Both the position numbers and the translations under genes were made by a program. Positions 56,001 to 64,000 of a DNA stretch of 64,000 nt are shown piece by piece. Location of the stretch: positions 1 through 64,000 of the IMG/VR virus record IMGVR_UViG_3300020112_000204; one strand, given 5' to 3'. The notes below the pieces were generated by a model. It was given only the letters and a program-made list of their open reading frames with translations, searched no databases and was not told the DNA's origin. The stretch is from a virus (lineage: Duplodnaviria; Caudoviricetes). Positions within the stretch are counted from its first letter, which is position 1; each line of letters opens with the position of its first letter.

Positions 56001-56502
56001 CTGCAACCGACACCGCACCATTACTCATAGTGGAGAAGTCCAATGTAGCACTTAACGAAGCAATGGCTTGCATATTAGTCAGACCCATGGATGTCAGTTC
56101 ATACAAACCCTGTACAGCCTCTTCGGGTGAGAACTGTGTTTCCAAACCTGACTTCTCAGCTTTAGCTACAAGCAAATCCCACTCTTCGCCCGTTGCCTGT
56201 GTAGCAAACTTTAGTGTGGCAAGCTCAGATTCATAACTCTTAGCAGCTTCTCTAAAACCTGTTACTGTTTCAATAGCCTTACTTCCTGCGGCGGTCAGAG
56301 CAATCCCTACTCCTGTGAGAGTAGCTGCCATCTGACCTAGACCACTAATGGCTTGGTTTACTTGTTCTGACTCTGATACGAAGTCTCGACCACTTCGTCT
56401 AGCGGAGTCAAAGGCTTCACCTAGTAAAGTTAGACCATTCGTAGCATTGTTATCCAAATAGTCCATTACTATTCCCATTCCATATAGGTTATCCATAGCC
56501 AT
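53011..56502 (-). CDS. tail tape measure protein
   Basis: 1163 aa; TP901-type N-terminal core, hydrophobic middle, aromatic periodic repeats. Confidence 0.92.
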   Translation of the reverse strand: MAMDNLYGMGIVMDYLDNNATNGLTLLGEAFDSARRSGRDFVSESEQVNQAISGLGQMAATLTGVGIALTAAGSKAIETVTGFREAAKSYESELATLKFATQATGEEWDLLVAKAEKSGLETQFSPEEAVQGLYELTSMGLTNMQAIASLSATLDFSTMSNGAVSVADSASVIASTINKFNLSATEEQVEHIADVLATASRVSAFKPEDVSSFINSIGSMPASLGVTLEEVMSLGSLLVNIGQGSAQAGATVQGFGRKIKQLSAQMKSGNMKGTKASALEVLGIDESTFWDAEGQLRSMVDIFQDIMASTANLSQEDKLTAMQTVFGDQANNLLTALELSESAFMIYDESLGKYVEDPNASAKNSLEDIINGFKECNGVVSDGAELMRNTAEGMEELANGAVQTLQIKLGEATPAFDVFFSKIKYKVSSALAELIDKNPAIAKIATTIVAFGGGLLKIAGVASLAVAGVIGLALGFFALSKNLVAIKSGLVAFTGFLKGLPAMLSGVGTAFKGLLVKMLPLALIAGAVYLAWKTDFLGIKTIVTGFVTNLKNSFSTARSLAQGGVSDFLSETRRLEESGKWWDWLALKIMDFMLFFQGLSDAWADNTLSDEMFIKLEERGLLPLIEKFLDLKAAGEQVWGGLTEGFETIAGVASTAFSAIASVLDPVLIAFGELFSFDFKGLGSLFSSGVDLDFWRTLGKIIAWVVSILGAYRIAVTAVRVAMIAWNAVQTISNVLQGIYNGLMIALQSLPIVLLIAAIVAAIVALVYGIVKLIQNWDKVVEAMKNGWEKIKGWFSGVAEWFKTNVIDPVVGFFTGAWESIKSVFSTVANWVYSKVIEPVVNFVKTYILPIIMKIVEIHVKVFEIIYALVSAAVRWIYDNVISPIIDFFKGLWDSLVSIVHSIVTAVTGFFSDCWNGIKSVWSSVTGWFSNVWRGVKNVFAPVKNFFSDVFKKAYDGITSVFGKITSFFSGIWDAIKRIFSNVGTAIGNAITNTVKSAVNGVLNIACKIINGFISAINSAISIVNKIPGVSISKITPLSLPALATGTDNWQGGVAQISEKGGEIVDLPAGSRVYPHDETVQKAYADGANSAVSSLVAKIDRLVDTLARMSTSNGGSANSVVFEAGSIIAKVDNASVEDLEGLVDKLVDIIRRKQEIESIRSYA

Positions 56503-56516
56503 TTGACTCCACCTCC

Positions 56517-56729
56517 TTACTTATTCTTAATCTTATCGTATTCCCTGTTTTCAGCCTCTTTTTGCTTAATAATCTCGCCAACCCACATACCCCTTTCTTT
56601 ACGAGGGCATTTGTTGACATCCACTCTACCCCAATGGTAGATATAAGCAAGTATATGGCGTTCCTCTCGGCTGCGTTCTAAGTCTACATTAACTGCTATA
56701 TCGTGTTCGAGGAAGCCATTTACATAAAA
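56517..56729 (-). CDS. tail assembly chaperone C-terminal (-1 frame) segment
   Basis: Manual translation ..HILAYIYHWG..ER.MWV..I..Q..AEN; no start codon near the 5' end, overlaps the end of the chaperone. Confidence 0.65.
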   Translation of the reverse strand, partial: FYVNGFLEHDIAVNVDLERSREERHILAYIYHWGRVDVNKCPRKERGMWVGEIIKQKEAENREYDKIKNK

Positions 56730-57508
56730 TTGAGAACTTGCATAGAGGTCTTCTGGGAATGACCACAGCTAGGGCAGGTAATCTCAATGGATGTGTCTAC
56801 TCCGAAAGCGTGCTCGGAGATGACAGAGAGCAGATACTTTCTATCCCTTAGAGACATCTTCTTTACGGTGTCATCGGTGATTACCTCTACATTCTCAAGC
56901 TTAACAAGGGTTCTAACCAAAAGCAAAGAGTTAGCCTTGGATATATCCTTACTTGCTATATCAGACAGCATCTGTCTATCAGTGCCATCGGGGAGTCGAA
57001 TGATGCCTTTCTTAGCCATACCATTCTTAACTCTTAAACCCTTAGGCAGTTCAAACTCAATCTCATCCTCACCACCATAGGGGATAATATTCAATTCAGA
57101 GGTATCAATAACTGTCTCAAGCTTATTACCACAGCTAGGGCAGACATGGGATACCTTAATTTCAGTTCCTACCGCCTCTTCACGGATTCTAAGAATAGCG
57201 ATATCTTGGTCTCCGATAGACAGACTCTTAACTACCTTTCTCCATTCATCAGCAGAAACTCTTTTCTTGTCAATGTTACCTATCTGCACTAAGCATCGAG
57301 TAAGCATAGTCTCAGCAATTTTATAAGCGTCATTCTTGACATTAGCCTTTCCAAGAGCTTCTTCATCTTCACCATCCATATCCCTGTACACAAACAGAGT
57401 ATGAAGCACACCTGACTCATCTCTATAGCCCTTGGCAAACTCACCTACAAGGTATCCCTCTTCTTCAGAGTACAGAACCTCGTCTCTAACTGTCTCATTC
57501 TTCTTCAT
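56720..57508 (-). CDS. tail assembly chaperone (T4 gp26-like duplicated Zn-ribbon)
   Basis: Between tube and tape measure; CPSCG twice. Confidence 0.7.
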   Translation of the reverse strand: MKKNETVRDEVLYSEEEGYLVGEFAKGYRDESGVLHTLFVYRDMDGEDEEALGKANVKNDAYKIAETMLTRCLVQIGNIDKKRVSADEWRKVVKSLSIGDQDIAILRIREEAVGTEIKVSHVCPSCGNKLETVIDTSELNIIPYGGEDEIEFELPKGLRVKNGMAKKGIIRLPDGTDRQMLSDIASKDISKANSLLLVRTLVKLENVEVITDDTVKKMSLRDRKYLLSVISEHAFGVDTSIEITCPSCGHSQKTSMQVLNFM

Positions 57509-57541
57509 GGTATCGTTCCTCCTATAATATCTTTATACAAA

Positions 57542-57578
57542 GCTAGGGAGAAAGCTCTGTCAAGTCCCTCTCCCTAGC
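57542..57578. terminator. hairpin after tail tube gene
   Basis: GCTAGGGAGA/TCTCCCTAGC 10-bp stem. Confidence 0.55.
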
Positions 57579-57587
57579 CGTCCTATA

Positions 57588-58019
57588 TTAGTCTACATAG
57601 TACTCGAACTGCATCGTCAGCTTTTCGACAGCGACATCATCAGATTCGGCATCAAAGTCAGTACCCTCCCACTTGGATACCCAAGCCTCTGCGAGAGTCC
57701 ATCTCTGAACGCTGTTTCCATCCTTATCAAGGGATACGACAGTAACAGTTTTACGGAACTGGGGATTAGTAAGACTGTCACGGTACAGGTTGTAAATCTC
57801 CTGAGACCTAAATACTCCTCTTTCAAGAGTAACCTCGCCAACAGTCTCATTTCCGGGCATCTTATGAGTGTACTTATATCCGCTCTCCTTGTACTCTACA
57901 ACAGCTCTTTCTCTGGAGAGTCCACTTACTTTCTGAAAGCCTATGCTCTCAGACAGACCGGGGATACTAACCTTAAAGTTGCATTTTGCAACGGGGTCGC
58001 TAATAGCGGTTCTAGGCAT
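57588..58019 (-). CDS. tail tube protein (T4 gp19-like)
   Basis: F..VSGL, VEYKESG, K.PG, VTLERG, W.L.EAWVSKW.G..FDA..VAVE.LT. Confidence 0.92.
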   Translation of the reverse strand: MPRTAISDPVAKCNFKVSIPGLSESIGFQKVSGLSRERAVVEYKESGYKYTHKMPGNETVGEVTLERGVFRSQEIYNLYRDSLTNPQFRKTVTVVSLDKDGNSVQRWTLAEAWVSKWEGTDFDAESDDVAVEKLTMQFEYYVD

Positions 58020-58036
58020 CTGATACTCCTCCTTTC

Positions 58037-59464
58037 TTAGGACGCTCTACGCTGCTTGATGGTAATAACGGTAAACTCACAGGGCTTAGACTTTGCATAG
58101 CCAATCTGCACATTAAAGGTGTCCGAAGTCGGGGTATTGTTAGTCCAGTCGCAGACTACATCAAAAGCCTCTTCGGGTGTATCACCGACAAAACATCCTG
58201 CATTGAAAAGCTCAGTCATAAATGCTTTTACTACAGAACTTGTTCTCACGAGCAGGTCAGCAGTAATAGCCTCAAAAACAGTGAACAGAGTCAGCTCTTT
58301 CAGAGACTTATCCATATAGATGTCAATGTGGGACTGAGAGATATACTTTCTATTCTGCTGCTTGTTCTCTTTCAGAACTCGGGAACCCCAGATACAGATA
58401 CCATAGCCAGCCTGAGGTACGATGCAGTTTACATTAGCAGAGTTGAGAATACCGCAGTCTCTATCAGAGAATACTTTAGTTACACCAACCCAGCCTTCGC
58501 AAACGCAAGTGACACCAGCAGGAGTCTTAGCAATACCCCTACCCTGTACAGATGCAGAGAAGTTACCGAGTACCACACCACAAGGAGGTACATTTCTCTT
58601 TGCACCTGTAAGCTGGTCAATACAAACGCCCCAAGGAGCAAAGCAAGCCGCCATATCAGTGGCAATTCCAAGGGCAAAAGTCTTAAGTGCGGAAGTCGTA
58701 GTTGAAGCTAGGGGAGTGTCGATTACTGCAAAGGTCTTACCCGCTCTAGTAACATCAACAAAAGTCTTGAGGGCAGTAGTAATCGTACTAGAAGTCTCGC
58801 CGGGGATTGCCACCCAAGTAATATCCTCTTCCTCGAGAAGTGCCAGTGCCGCAGTATAGTCTGCATCAGCTATACCGGTTGCACCACCTACGCCACCCTC
58901 AAGAGTGAGAGAAGCTACTGCAAGGTTCTCAGCAGTGATAGTAATATAGTCATCTTCTGCTATAGCCTTTACCCACTAATCTACATCAGTAGCAGTATTC
59001 GACAGACCTACATACGCAGTAAGCACAGAACCATCAAGGGTTACTGAAATGTCGAACTTAGAGCTATCCTCAGTATTAGCAGTAATAGCTACAACTGCAT
59101 CATTAGCCCAATCACCATAGTCCTTTGCAGTAACGGTTATAGTAGAGCCTGTGTTGGACTTTGTAGCCTTAACTGCTGAAGCGGAGTGGATTGCTCTTGC
59201 AATAAAGCAAGCAGAACCACCACATCTAAAGAAGTCATATACAGCATACGCCAGATGACTATTAGACATATAAGGGCTAGAACTGCCCTTACCGAACTCC
59301 TTAGCAAACTCTGCAAATGAAGTGACATACACTGCCTCTTCAGTAGTACCGCTAATAGCAGTACCTACAAACGCCGCTATACCCCAGCCTTCTCCCGCAG
59401 AGGGTGCGTTCTCCAGAGGAAGTCGCTCAATATAAGGATTCGGTTTCTTCTTATTGATATCCAT
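58037..59464 (-). CDS. tail sheath protein interrupted by a single in-frame TAG at 58978-58976
   Basis: ORFs 58976..59464 and 58037..58813 share a frame; the intervening 54 codons are open; sheath motifs in both parts. Confidence 0.85.
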
Positions 59465-59465
59465 T

Positions 59466-59687
59466 CTACTCTGTTACCTCCTTATTCGTTTTAGAGCTCT
59501 TTCGAGCTGATTTCTTTTCCAAACTTACAGACGGGAGTACTGATAACAAGCGAGCGTCAATCCCGTCTTGTATACTCTGTGTTACCTCTTCAGGGGCAAA
59601 ATCCTTGGTCTCACCAATTAGAAACCTGACTGTACCACTAACCCCGTCAAAGCACAGAGGCACACCTGAAACATTCATTAACTTCAT
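59466..59687 (-). CDS. hypothetical protein
   Basis: ORF with GGAGG RBS. Confidence 0.65.
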   Translation of the reverse strand: MKLMNVSGVPLCFDGVSGTVRFLIGETKDFAPEEVTQSIQDGIDARLLSVLPSVSLEKKSARKSSKTNKEVTE

Positions 59688-59698
59688 ACTATTACCTC

Positions 59699-60274
59699 CT
59701 AGTCTATACCGACAGAGACGGAACTTACATACTTCCTGACCTCTGCTCCTCGGTCTATCCTACCTGAAACCTTGTAGCTGAGTGCCCTTCGGAATAGTCT
59801 TTGCTGAGAGTCGGTGCTATCTAGTACAGCCATGCCTATCAAAGAGCAAGACACTGTCTGACTCACATTATCCGTATCTAGAACTGTGAGCTTTCCACCA
59901 ACATCAGGCATAACCTTAAGCCAAGTAAGCATCATATTGTCCATGTCCTCTTGGAACTCAGACCAAAAGTCTATTTGGTAGTAAAGCCAAAACTTCAAGG
60001 GCTGATTTGTATATTCTACTGTACCATTCTCGGTATCGTAATTCTCATAGGTAGGTTCAACACCCATTTGATTTACTACAGCCCTCTTAACATCATAGTT
60101 ACGAATAGTCACTGCGGGCATCCTATCGAAATTAAATGCAAGCTCAGGCTTACTAACAACAATATTCGTTACTGGGACTAGAGTGTTATTGCTACCACGA
60201 ACCTTTACATTTGCAGTCAAAGCGGTCAGGAACCCACGACATATCTGCTCATTCCATACTGTAGAGTTCTCCAT
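59699..60274 (-). CDS. tail terminator / completion protein
   Basis: Position upstream of sheath; MPAVTI, YQIDFWS. Confidence 0.6.
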   Translation of the reverse strand: MENSTVWNEQICRGFLTALTANVKVRGSNNTLVPVTNIVVSKPELAFNFDRMPAVTIRNYDVKRAVVNQMGVEPTYENYDTENGTVEYTNQPLKFWLYYQIDFWSEFQEDMDNMMLTWLKVMPDVGGKLTVLDTDNVSQTVSCSLIGMAVLDSTDSQQRLFRRALSYKVSGRIDRGAEVRKYVSSVSVGID

Positions 60275-60753
60275 TACAAACCTCCTTTACCAAGCTCTAG
60301 GGACATATACTTAGCGAACTTTTTCGGAAAGTCCATCTTAAACTCCTCAACGCTTGGTCTAACAATAGGTCTGGGAGGAATCTTGTCCGTGCCATACTCA
60401 AGCTCTGTAAGAAGCTCGTTCATTTTCTTACCACTAGGCTTGTGCCTAGTCCAAGGGTTAGCACCAACAAAGAATGTAGAACCTTTCTTATCACTCTTCA
60501 AAGCACGAACCTTGAATCCATTTTCGTAAAGGTCTCCTGTCTCAATATAAATCAACGAACTACCTTTCATAATAACTGTAGTCCTAGCAAGGGGTTTCCA
60601 AGGCAAGTCTTGCTTTTCAATATGCCCTCGCATAACATCAATGAGTTCTTCCCCGCACTGCCTCATAGCCTTTGTAGCTGAGGGCGTAAGCCTCCTACCT
60701 ATAAAGTCTATCTTAGCACCTGCGGTCTGCCATTCACCTGTCATCCTAGCCAT
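60274..60753 (-). CDS. neck / virion morphogenesis protein
   Basis: WKPLA..T..KG..LI.TG, LEYGT.KIPPRP. Confidence 0.7.
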   Translation of the reverse strand: MARMTGEWQTAGAKIDFIGRRLTPSATKAMRQCGEELIDVMRGHIEKQDLPWKPLARTTVIMKGSSLIYIETGDLYENGFKVRALKSDKKGSTFFVGANPWTRHKPSGKKMNELLTELEYGTDKIPPRPIVRPSVEEFKMDFPKKFAKYMSLELGKGGL

Positions 60754-61240
60754 TGGAAGACACCACCATAAAAGTCATATTGGACAAGTTATCTATCTCC
60801 TTGCCCTCAAACTTATAAAGCAAAAATCTGTTTCCAATCATAGCAACTGGGCAGATATTGCATATTTCATAGTACTTACCCTTGTACCTGATGACTGAGT
60901 CCAATGTAACAGAACAGACTTCTTCTCCAGTAGTGCTACTCGTTATGACACCTTTGTTCTTTAACTGCTTGGTGTCAAAAGTGAAAATACAAGTACATTC
61001 ACGCTTTCTACCTATATCACTTAATTCCTCAGTCTTAGGGCTTAGCTTGATTCGTCCTGTCAAAGAAACTAACTTAGTATAGGTCTTAAACTTCTCTTCC
61101 TTGTAAATACTAGCACTAGAACCTACAGCGGGAGTATAGCTGAAAACATCCATAGCCGAGTTGTCACCAATCTCCTCAAAGGTTTCTAGTATATCATTCT
61201 CAAGGTCATCTAAATCAACTGGTAACATAGACATTTTCAA
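60746..61240 (-). CDS. head closure / stopper protein
   Basis: Position; D...Y.GK.YEI.NI.P pattern. Confidence 0.55.
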   Translation of the reverse strand: MKMSMLPVDLDDLENDILETFEEIGDNSAMDVFSYTPAVGSSASIYKEEKFKTYTKLVSLTGRIKLSPKTEELSDIGRKRECTCIFTFDTKQLKNKGVITSSTTGEEVCSVTLDSVIRYKGKYYEICNICPVAMIGNRFLLYKFEGKEIDNLSNMTFMVVSSNG

Positions 61241-61249
61241 TCACTCCTT

Positions 61250-61720
61250 TCAGGTAACTTTATCGTTTCTTACATTGTATCTCTTTGCGTCACTTACTTC
61301 AATCTCAGCGAACTCACTAGACTGAATGGTGCTAGTAAGACTGTCCTCCAGACTCTGGGCAATACTCATATAGTTCGTAACCCTATCCGACTTCGAGATA
61401 GATATACCATCGACTGAAATCTTATAGTTCCTAGCTTCTCTTACAGCCAATCCACGCAGGAGGGAGATTACTGCTCTTGTGATAACAATAAACTCCTTCA
61501 CCTGCGGGATTGTAGCTAAAGTAAAATCTGAGCTATAAGAATTGACAGCATAGTTCACCTCTGCAAGTATCTGAGAGTCAGTGTACTTAAGGTCGGTATG
61601 CAAAGCCTGATACTCGGACTTAGCCACAATATCTGATGTGTCTACACTTGGAGGGTACACGACCCTATCTACATCAAATATCCTGTTTCTTACCTGTAGA
61701 ATTGCATCACTTGCTGTCAT
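61250..61720 (-). CDS. head-tail adaptor protein
   Basis: Position after MCP; ISVDGISISKS pattern. Confidence 0.55.
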   Translation of the reverse strand: MTASDAILQVRNRIFDVDRVVYPPSVDTSDIVAKSEYQALHTDLKYTDSQILAEVNYAVNSYSSDFTLATIPQVKEFIVITRAVISLLRGLAVREARNYKISVDGISISKSDRVTNYMSIAQSLEDSLTSTIQSSEFAEIEVSDAKRYNVRNDKVT

Positions 61721-61732
61721 ATCTACACCTCT

Positions 61733-62029
61733 TTACTTAATCAGGTCTCTTTCACGGAGAACTCGCTCAACATCAGAGGGCACTTTCTGCTTCTGATTCT
61801 TAAAGAACTGATACCGAGTACCACCAATATCACAATGGAGGTCTTTAGTCGGAATTACCTCTACCTTCATAGCTTTAGGCACGATTTCCTCGACCACAAC
61901 CTCTTCGAGTTTGGTCTCTTTAACCTTTGGCTGTTCGGTATCAGCCCCTTTGTCGCACTCGTTGGCTACATTCTCAACAACGACTACTTTGTCTACTTTT
62001 TCTTTTTTAGCCATTTCTACTGCCTCCAC
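61733..62029 (-). CDS. hypothetical head-associated protein
   Basis: ORF directly after MCP. Confidence 0.6.
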   Translation of the reverse strand: MEAVEMAKKEKVDKVVVVENVANECDKGADTEQPKVKETKLEEVVVEEIVPKAMKVEVIPTKDLHCDIGGTRYQFFKNQKQKVPSDVERVLRERDLIK

Positions 62030-62043
62030 TAAATGAGACTAAA

Positions 62044-62919
62044 TTACCAAGTCTCAAGAATATAAGCGGAATCGTCTTCAATAAGACCAGAACCCATAAT
62101 GGAGTACCATGCAAGGTTATGGGTACGACCAAAGTCGATGATACCACCATCACGCATCTCAACGGGGAGAGACTCAGCGAGTCCGTAGACATTATCACCG
62201 AAGATAACTGCACGGTGAACATCAGCAGTATTACCTGCGGTAGTCTTGTTAATAATCGGCTGCTGAGTAGTCTCAATAAACAGGACATTACCGACTCTGC
62301 CGATTTCGCCAGTAAAGGTTGCACCGTAATCGGTTGCTCTCTGGAACTCGGGGTCATCACTCAGGTCACGAGCCTGTTTGGGAGTAAGCATACATACCCA
62401 GTACTGACCATTCCAAGGTCTTGCAAGGTTCTCCTTGAGGTGCTGGAGAGCATCCTTAATGATAGCAGAGTTCATCTTCTCGGATACTGTTGCACGGGTA
62501 GTACCACCATTGTACAGAACATTGGTAACGCCCATAACAGTGTCACGGAGCATCTCATCGAGAACTACTGCGTAGTCAAAGCCGAGGAGCTTTGCACCAT
62601 TGCTCAGAGTGTCGTCAAATGCGGACTGGAGCAGTTTCTCGGAAACGCTGATTGCATTACCATACTCAGTTACGGTAATGGTAATCTGAGATGCAGTGAG
62701 TGCCTGAGTGGTCATTGCCTGATTCTCAGTCAGAGCACCACCCTTGGTGATGTTATTGTACTTGGTGAAAACAACACTGAGACCAGGGTCTACACCGAGC
62801 TCGGTCTTCTTGGTTGCGAACTGTGCGTACTTCAGGTTAGGCTGAGCGTGGAACATAACCTCTTTGGAATATACGGTCAGTACTACCTGAGTCAGAGTAG
62901 TGGTATAAGTAGTTGCCAT
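62044..62919 (-). CDS. major capsid protein (N4-gp56 family-like)
   Basis: LTE, ITVTEYGNAI.VSE.L, GEIG.V..V.FIET, AWY...G.G. Confidence 0.9.
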   Translation of the reverse strand: MATTYTTTLTQVVLTVYSKEVMFHAQPNLKYAQFATKKTELGVDPGLSVVFTKYNNITKGGALTENQAMTTQALTASQITITVTEYGNAISVSEKLLQSAFDDTLSNGAKLLGFDYAVVLDEMLRDTVMGVTNVLYNGGTTRATVSEKMNSAIIKDALQHLKENLARPWNGQYWVCMLTPKQARDLSDDPEFQRATDYGATFTGEIGRVGNVLFIETTQQPIINKTTAGNTADVHRAVIFGDNVYGLAESLPVEMRDGGIIDFGRTHNLAWYSIMGSGLIEDDSAYILETW

Positions 62920-62937
62920 TAAAATATCCTCCTTAGA

Positions 62938-63663
62938 TTATTTAATCATTTTCTTTATTTCTTCTCTGTGCTTCGCATACTCACTAGGACTCATTTTCAT
63001 AATATCCTCTGTGGTAAGCTTTCTTGCTCCAGCATCCTGCTGGGGAGCTACGGGCTTGGGAGCGGGCTTCTTCTCTTTTCTACCTGAGGCTCTAGCCACG
63101 ATTTCCTCATACTTGGCTTTAGCCTTCTCGATACTAGAGTCGATTTCCTCTTCCGAACTACCTACTACAAGGTCTTCAATCAAGTCAGACCCACTGTCTC
63201 TTACGAACTGAATAGCCTTTTCTCGGTAAAGTTCGAGTGCTTTCTCGGCTCTTGCTTTCTCAGCATCTTCAAGCTTGTTTTTCAGACCATCAATCTCAAC
63301 CTTAAGGTCAGCAATGGTGGTGTCCTTGCCTTCCTTATAAGATGCAATGGTTCTTTCAAGCGTTGACACCGTTTCAGAAAGCTCACGAATCTTTGCGTCT
63401 TTCTTTTCAATCGCATCATACAGCTTGGTCTTTTCCTGCTGACGAACCTTTCTGAGGAATTCCTTAACATCCTGTCTCTTAAGCAGTTTATCAAGAGCGG
63501 GCTCTTCTTCAGATACCTCATTGGCTTTCTTTTCTTCTTCAGTCAGTTCTTCCTCGGCTTCGGAGTCCTGGCTGTCAAGGAGAGCTTCATTCTCGTCAAC
63601 CTGCTCTTCAACAGAGATGCCTTCCTCGGTCTGTCCTATGACTACTCCTTTGTCTTTATCCAT
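62938..63663 (-). CDS. capsid scaffolding protein
   Basis: Acidic N-terminus, long coiled coil, MS..EYA..R C-terminus, directly upstream of MCP. Confidence 0.8.
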   Translation of the reverse strand: MDKDKGVVIGQTEEGISVEEQVDENEALLDSQDSEAEEELTEEEKKANEVSEEEPALDKLLKRQDVKEFLRKVRQQEKTKLYDAIEKKDAKIRELSETVSTLERTIASYKEGKDTTIADLKVEIDGLKNKLEDAEKARAEKALELYREKAIQFVRDSGSDLIEDLVVGSSEEEIDSSIEKAKAKYEEIVARASGRKEKKPAPKPVAPQQDAGARKLTTEDIMKMSPSEYAKHREEIKKMIK

Positions 63664-63685
63664 GTTTCATATCCTCCTTAATATA

Positions 63686-63991
63686 TCAGTACAACGCAAG
63701 TTCACAGATTCCTACAGTCTCAAGCGTAACTGTAATCAAATCTGTGAGTTGCGATTGTCTGTCAGACAACTCGAGGAACTCTGAATACAATTCCTCGACC
63801 TCGTTCATATTCGGGTCAGACATCTTGTCCAACTCTTCTAGACTAACCCGTATCTCTTCAAGCCTATCTTCGACCTTTGTAAGCTCTTTATCATAGGAAA
63901 CTAAACTGGATTTCTCATCCTTAAGTATATCCTCTAACTCCGAACTTGTAAAGTCTAAAGCTAATAAACATTCGTTTTCTATACTACTCAT
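63686..63991 (-). CDS. hypothetical acidic coiled-coil protein
   Basis: ORF at the window edge. Confidence 0.6.
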   Translation of the reverse strand: MSSIENECLLALDFTSSELEDILKDEKSSLVSYDKELTKVEDRLEEIRVSLEELDKMSDPNMNEVEELYSEFLELSDRQSQLTDLITVTLETVGICELALY

Positions 63992-64000
63992 TACTTACCT

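Noticed and set aside
58037-59464. Genome-wide or late-gene TAG-to-Gln recoding (genetic code 15)
   Set aside because: Only one internal TAG was found. TAG terminates several genes with properly placed downstream RBS/starts, and long structural genes have no internal TAG.
146-63784. Numerous plus-strand ORFs in the track (e.g. 54464..55297, 62119..62922, 1435..1974, 43486..43962)
   Set aside because: They lie antisense to well-supported minus-strand genes, lack RBSs, and have shadow-ORF composition (Ser/Leu/Phe-rich).
1-64000. tRNA, tmRNA, rRNA, integrase/attP, transposase, introns/inteins
   Set aside because: No recognisable signatures by eye; polA, recA, dnaB and thyX have normal lengths without insertions.

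Overview
This window is 64 kb of a large contractile-tailed (myovirus-like) dsDNA phage genome. Essentially all genes are on the minus strand, and the host is probably a spore-forming Firmicute (Clostridia-like), inferred from spoVS, abrB, a SleB-like hydrolase and a SPOR/CW_7 amidase. In transcription order (right to left) it carries: scaffold, N4-gp56-type major capsid, head-tail, sheath/tube/chaperone/tape measure, baseplate and fibre genes; holin and endolysin; a ~400-nt structured leader and small early genes; DNA polymerase A, an O/P-like initiator plus loader, DnaB, primase, ligase, SF2 helicase, SSB, RecA, Cas4-like and resolvase-like nucleases, and ThyX; then a DNA-modification operon; and a second small-gene early cluster ending in a non-coding left end. 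The key observation is a complete 7-deazaguanine pathway (folE, queD, queE, queC, dpdA). Between folE and queC sits a tightly coupled block of a HAD phosphatase, two GT-B glycosyltransferases, a TagF-like CDP-glycerol glycerophosphotransferase and a GT2, with a TagD-like cytidylyltransferase upstream. This is a candidate for an undescribed glycosyl/glycerophospho hypermodification system. Other notable signals are a duplicated ~80-bp operator/origin-like element with 11-bp-phased heptamers, apparent absence of GATC, an in-frame amber in the tail sheath gene, and a probable -1 frameshift in the tail chaperone. All family assignments come from motif recognition by eye; no database searches were run.
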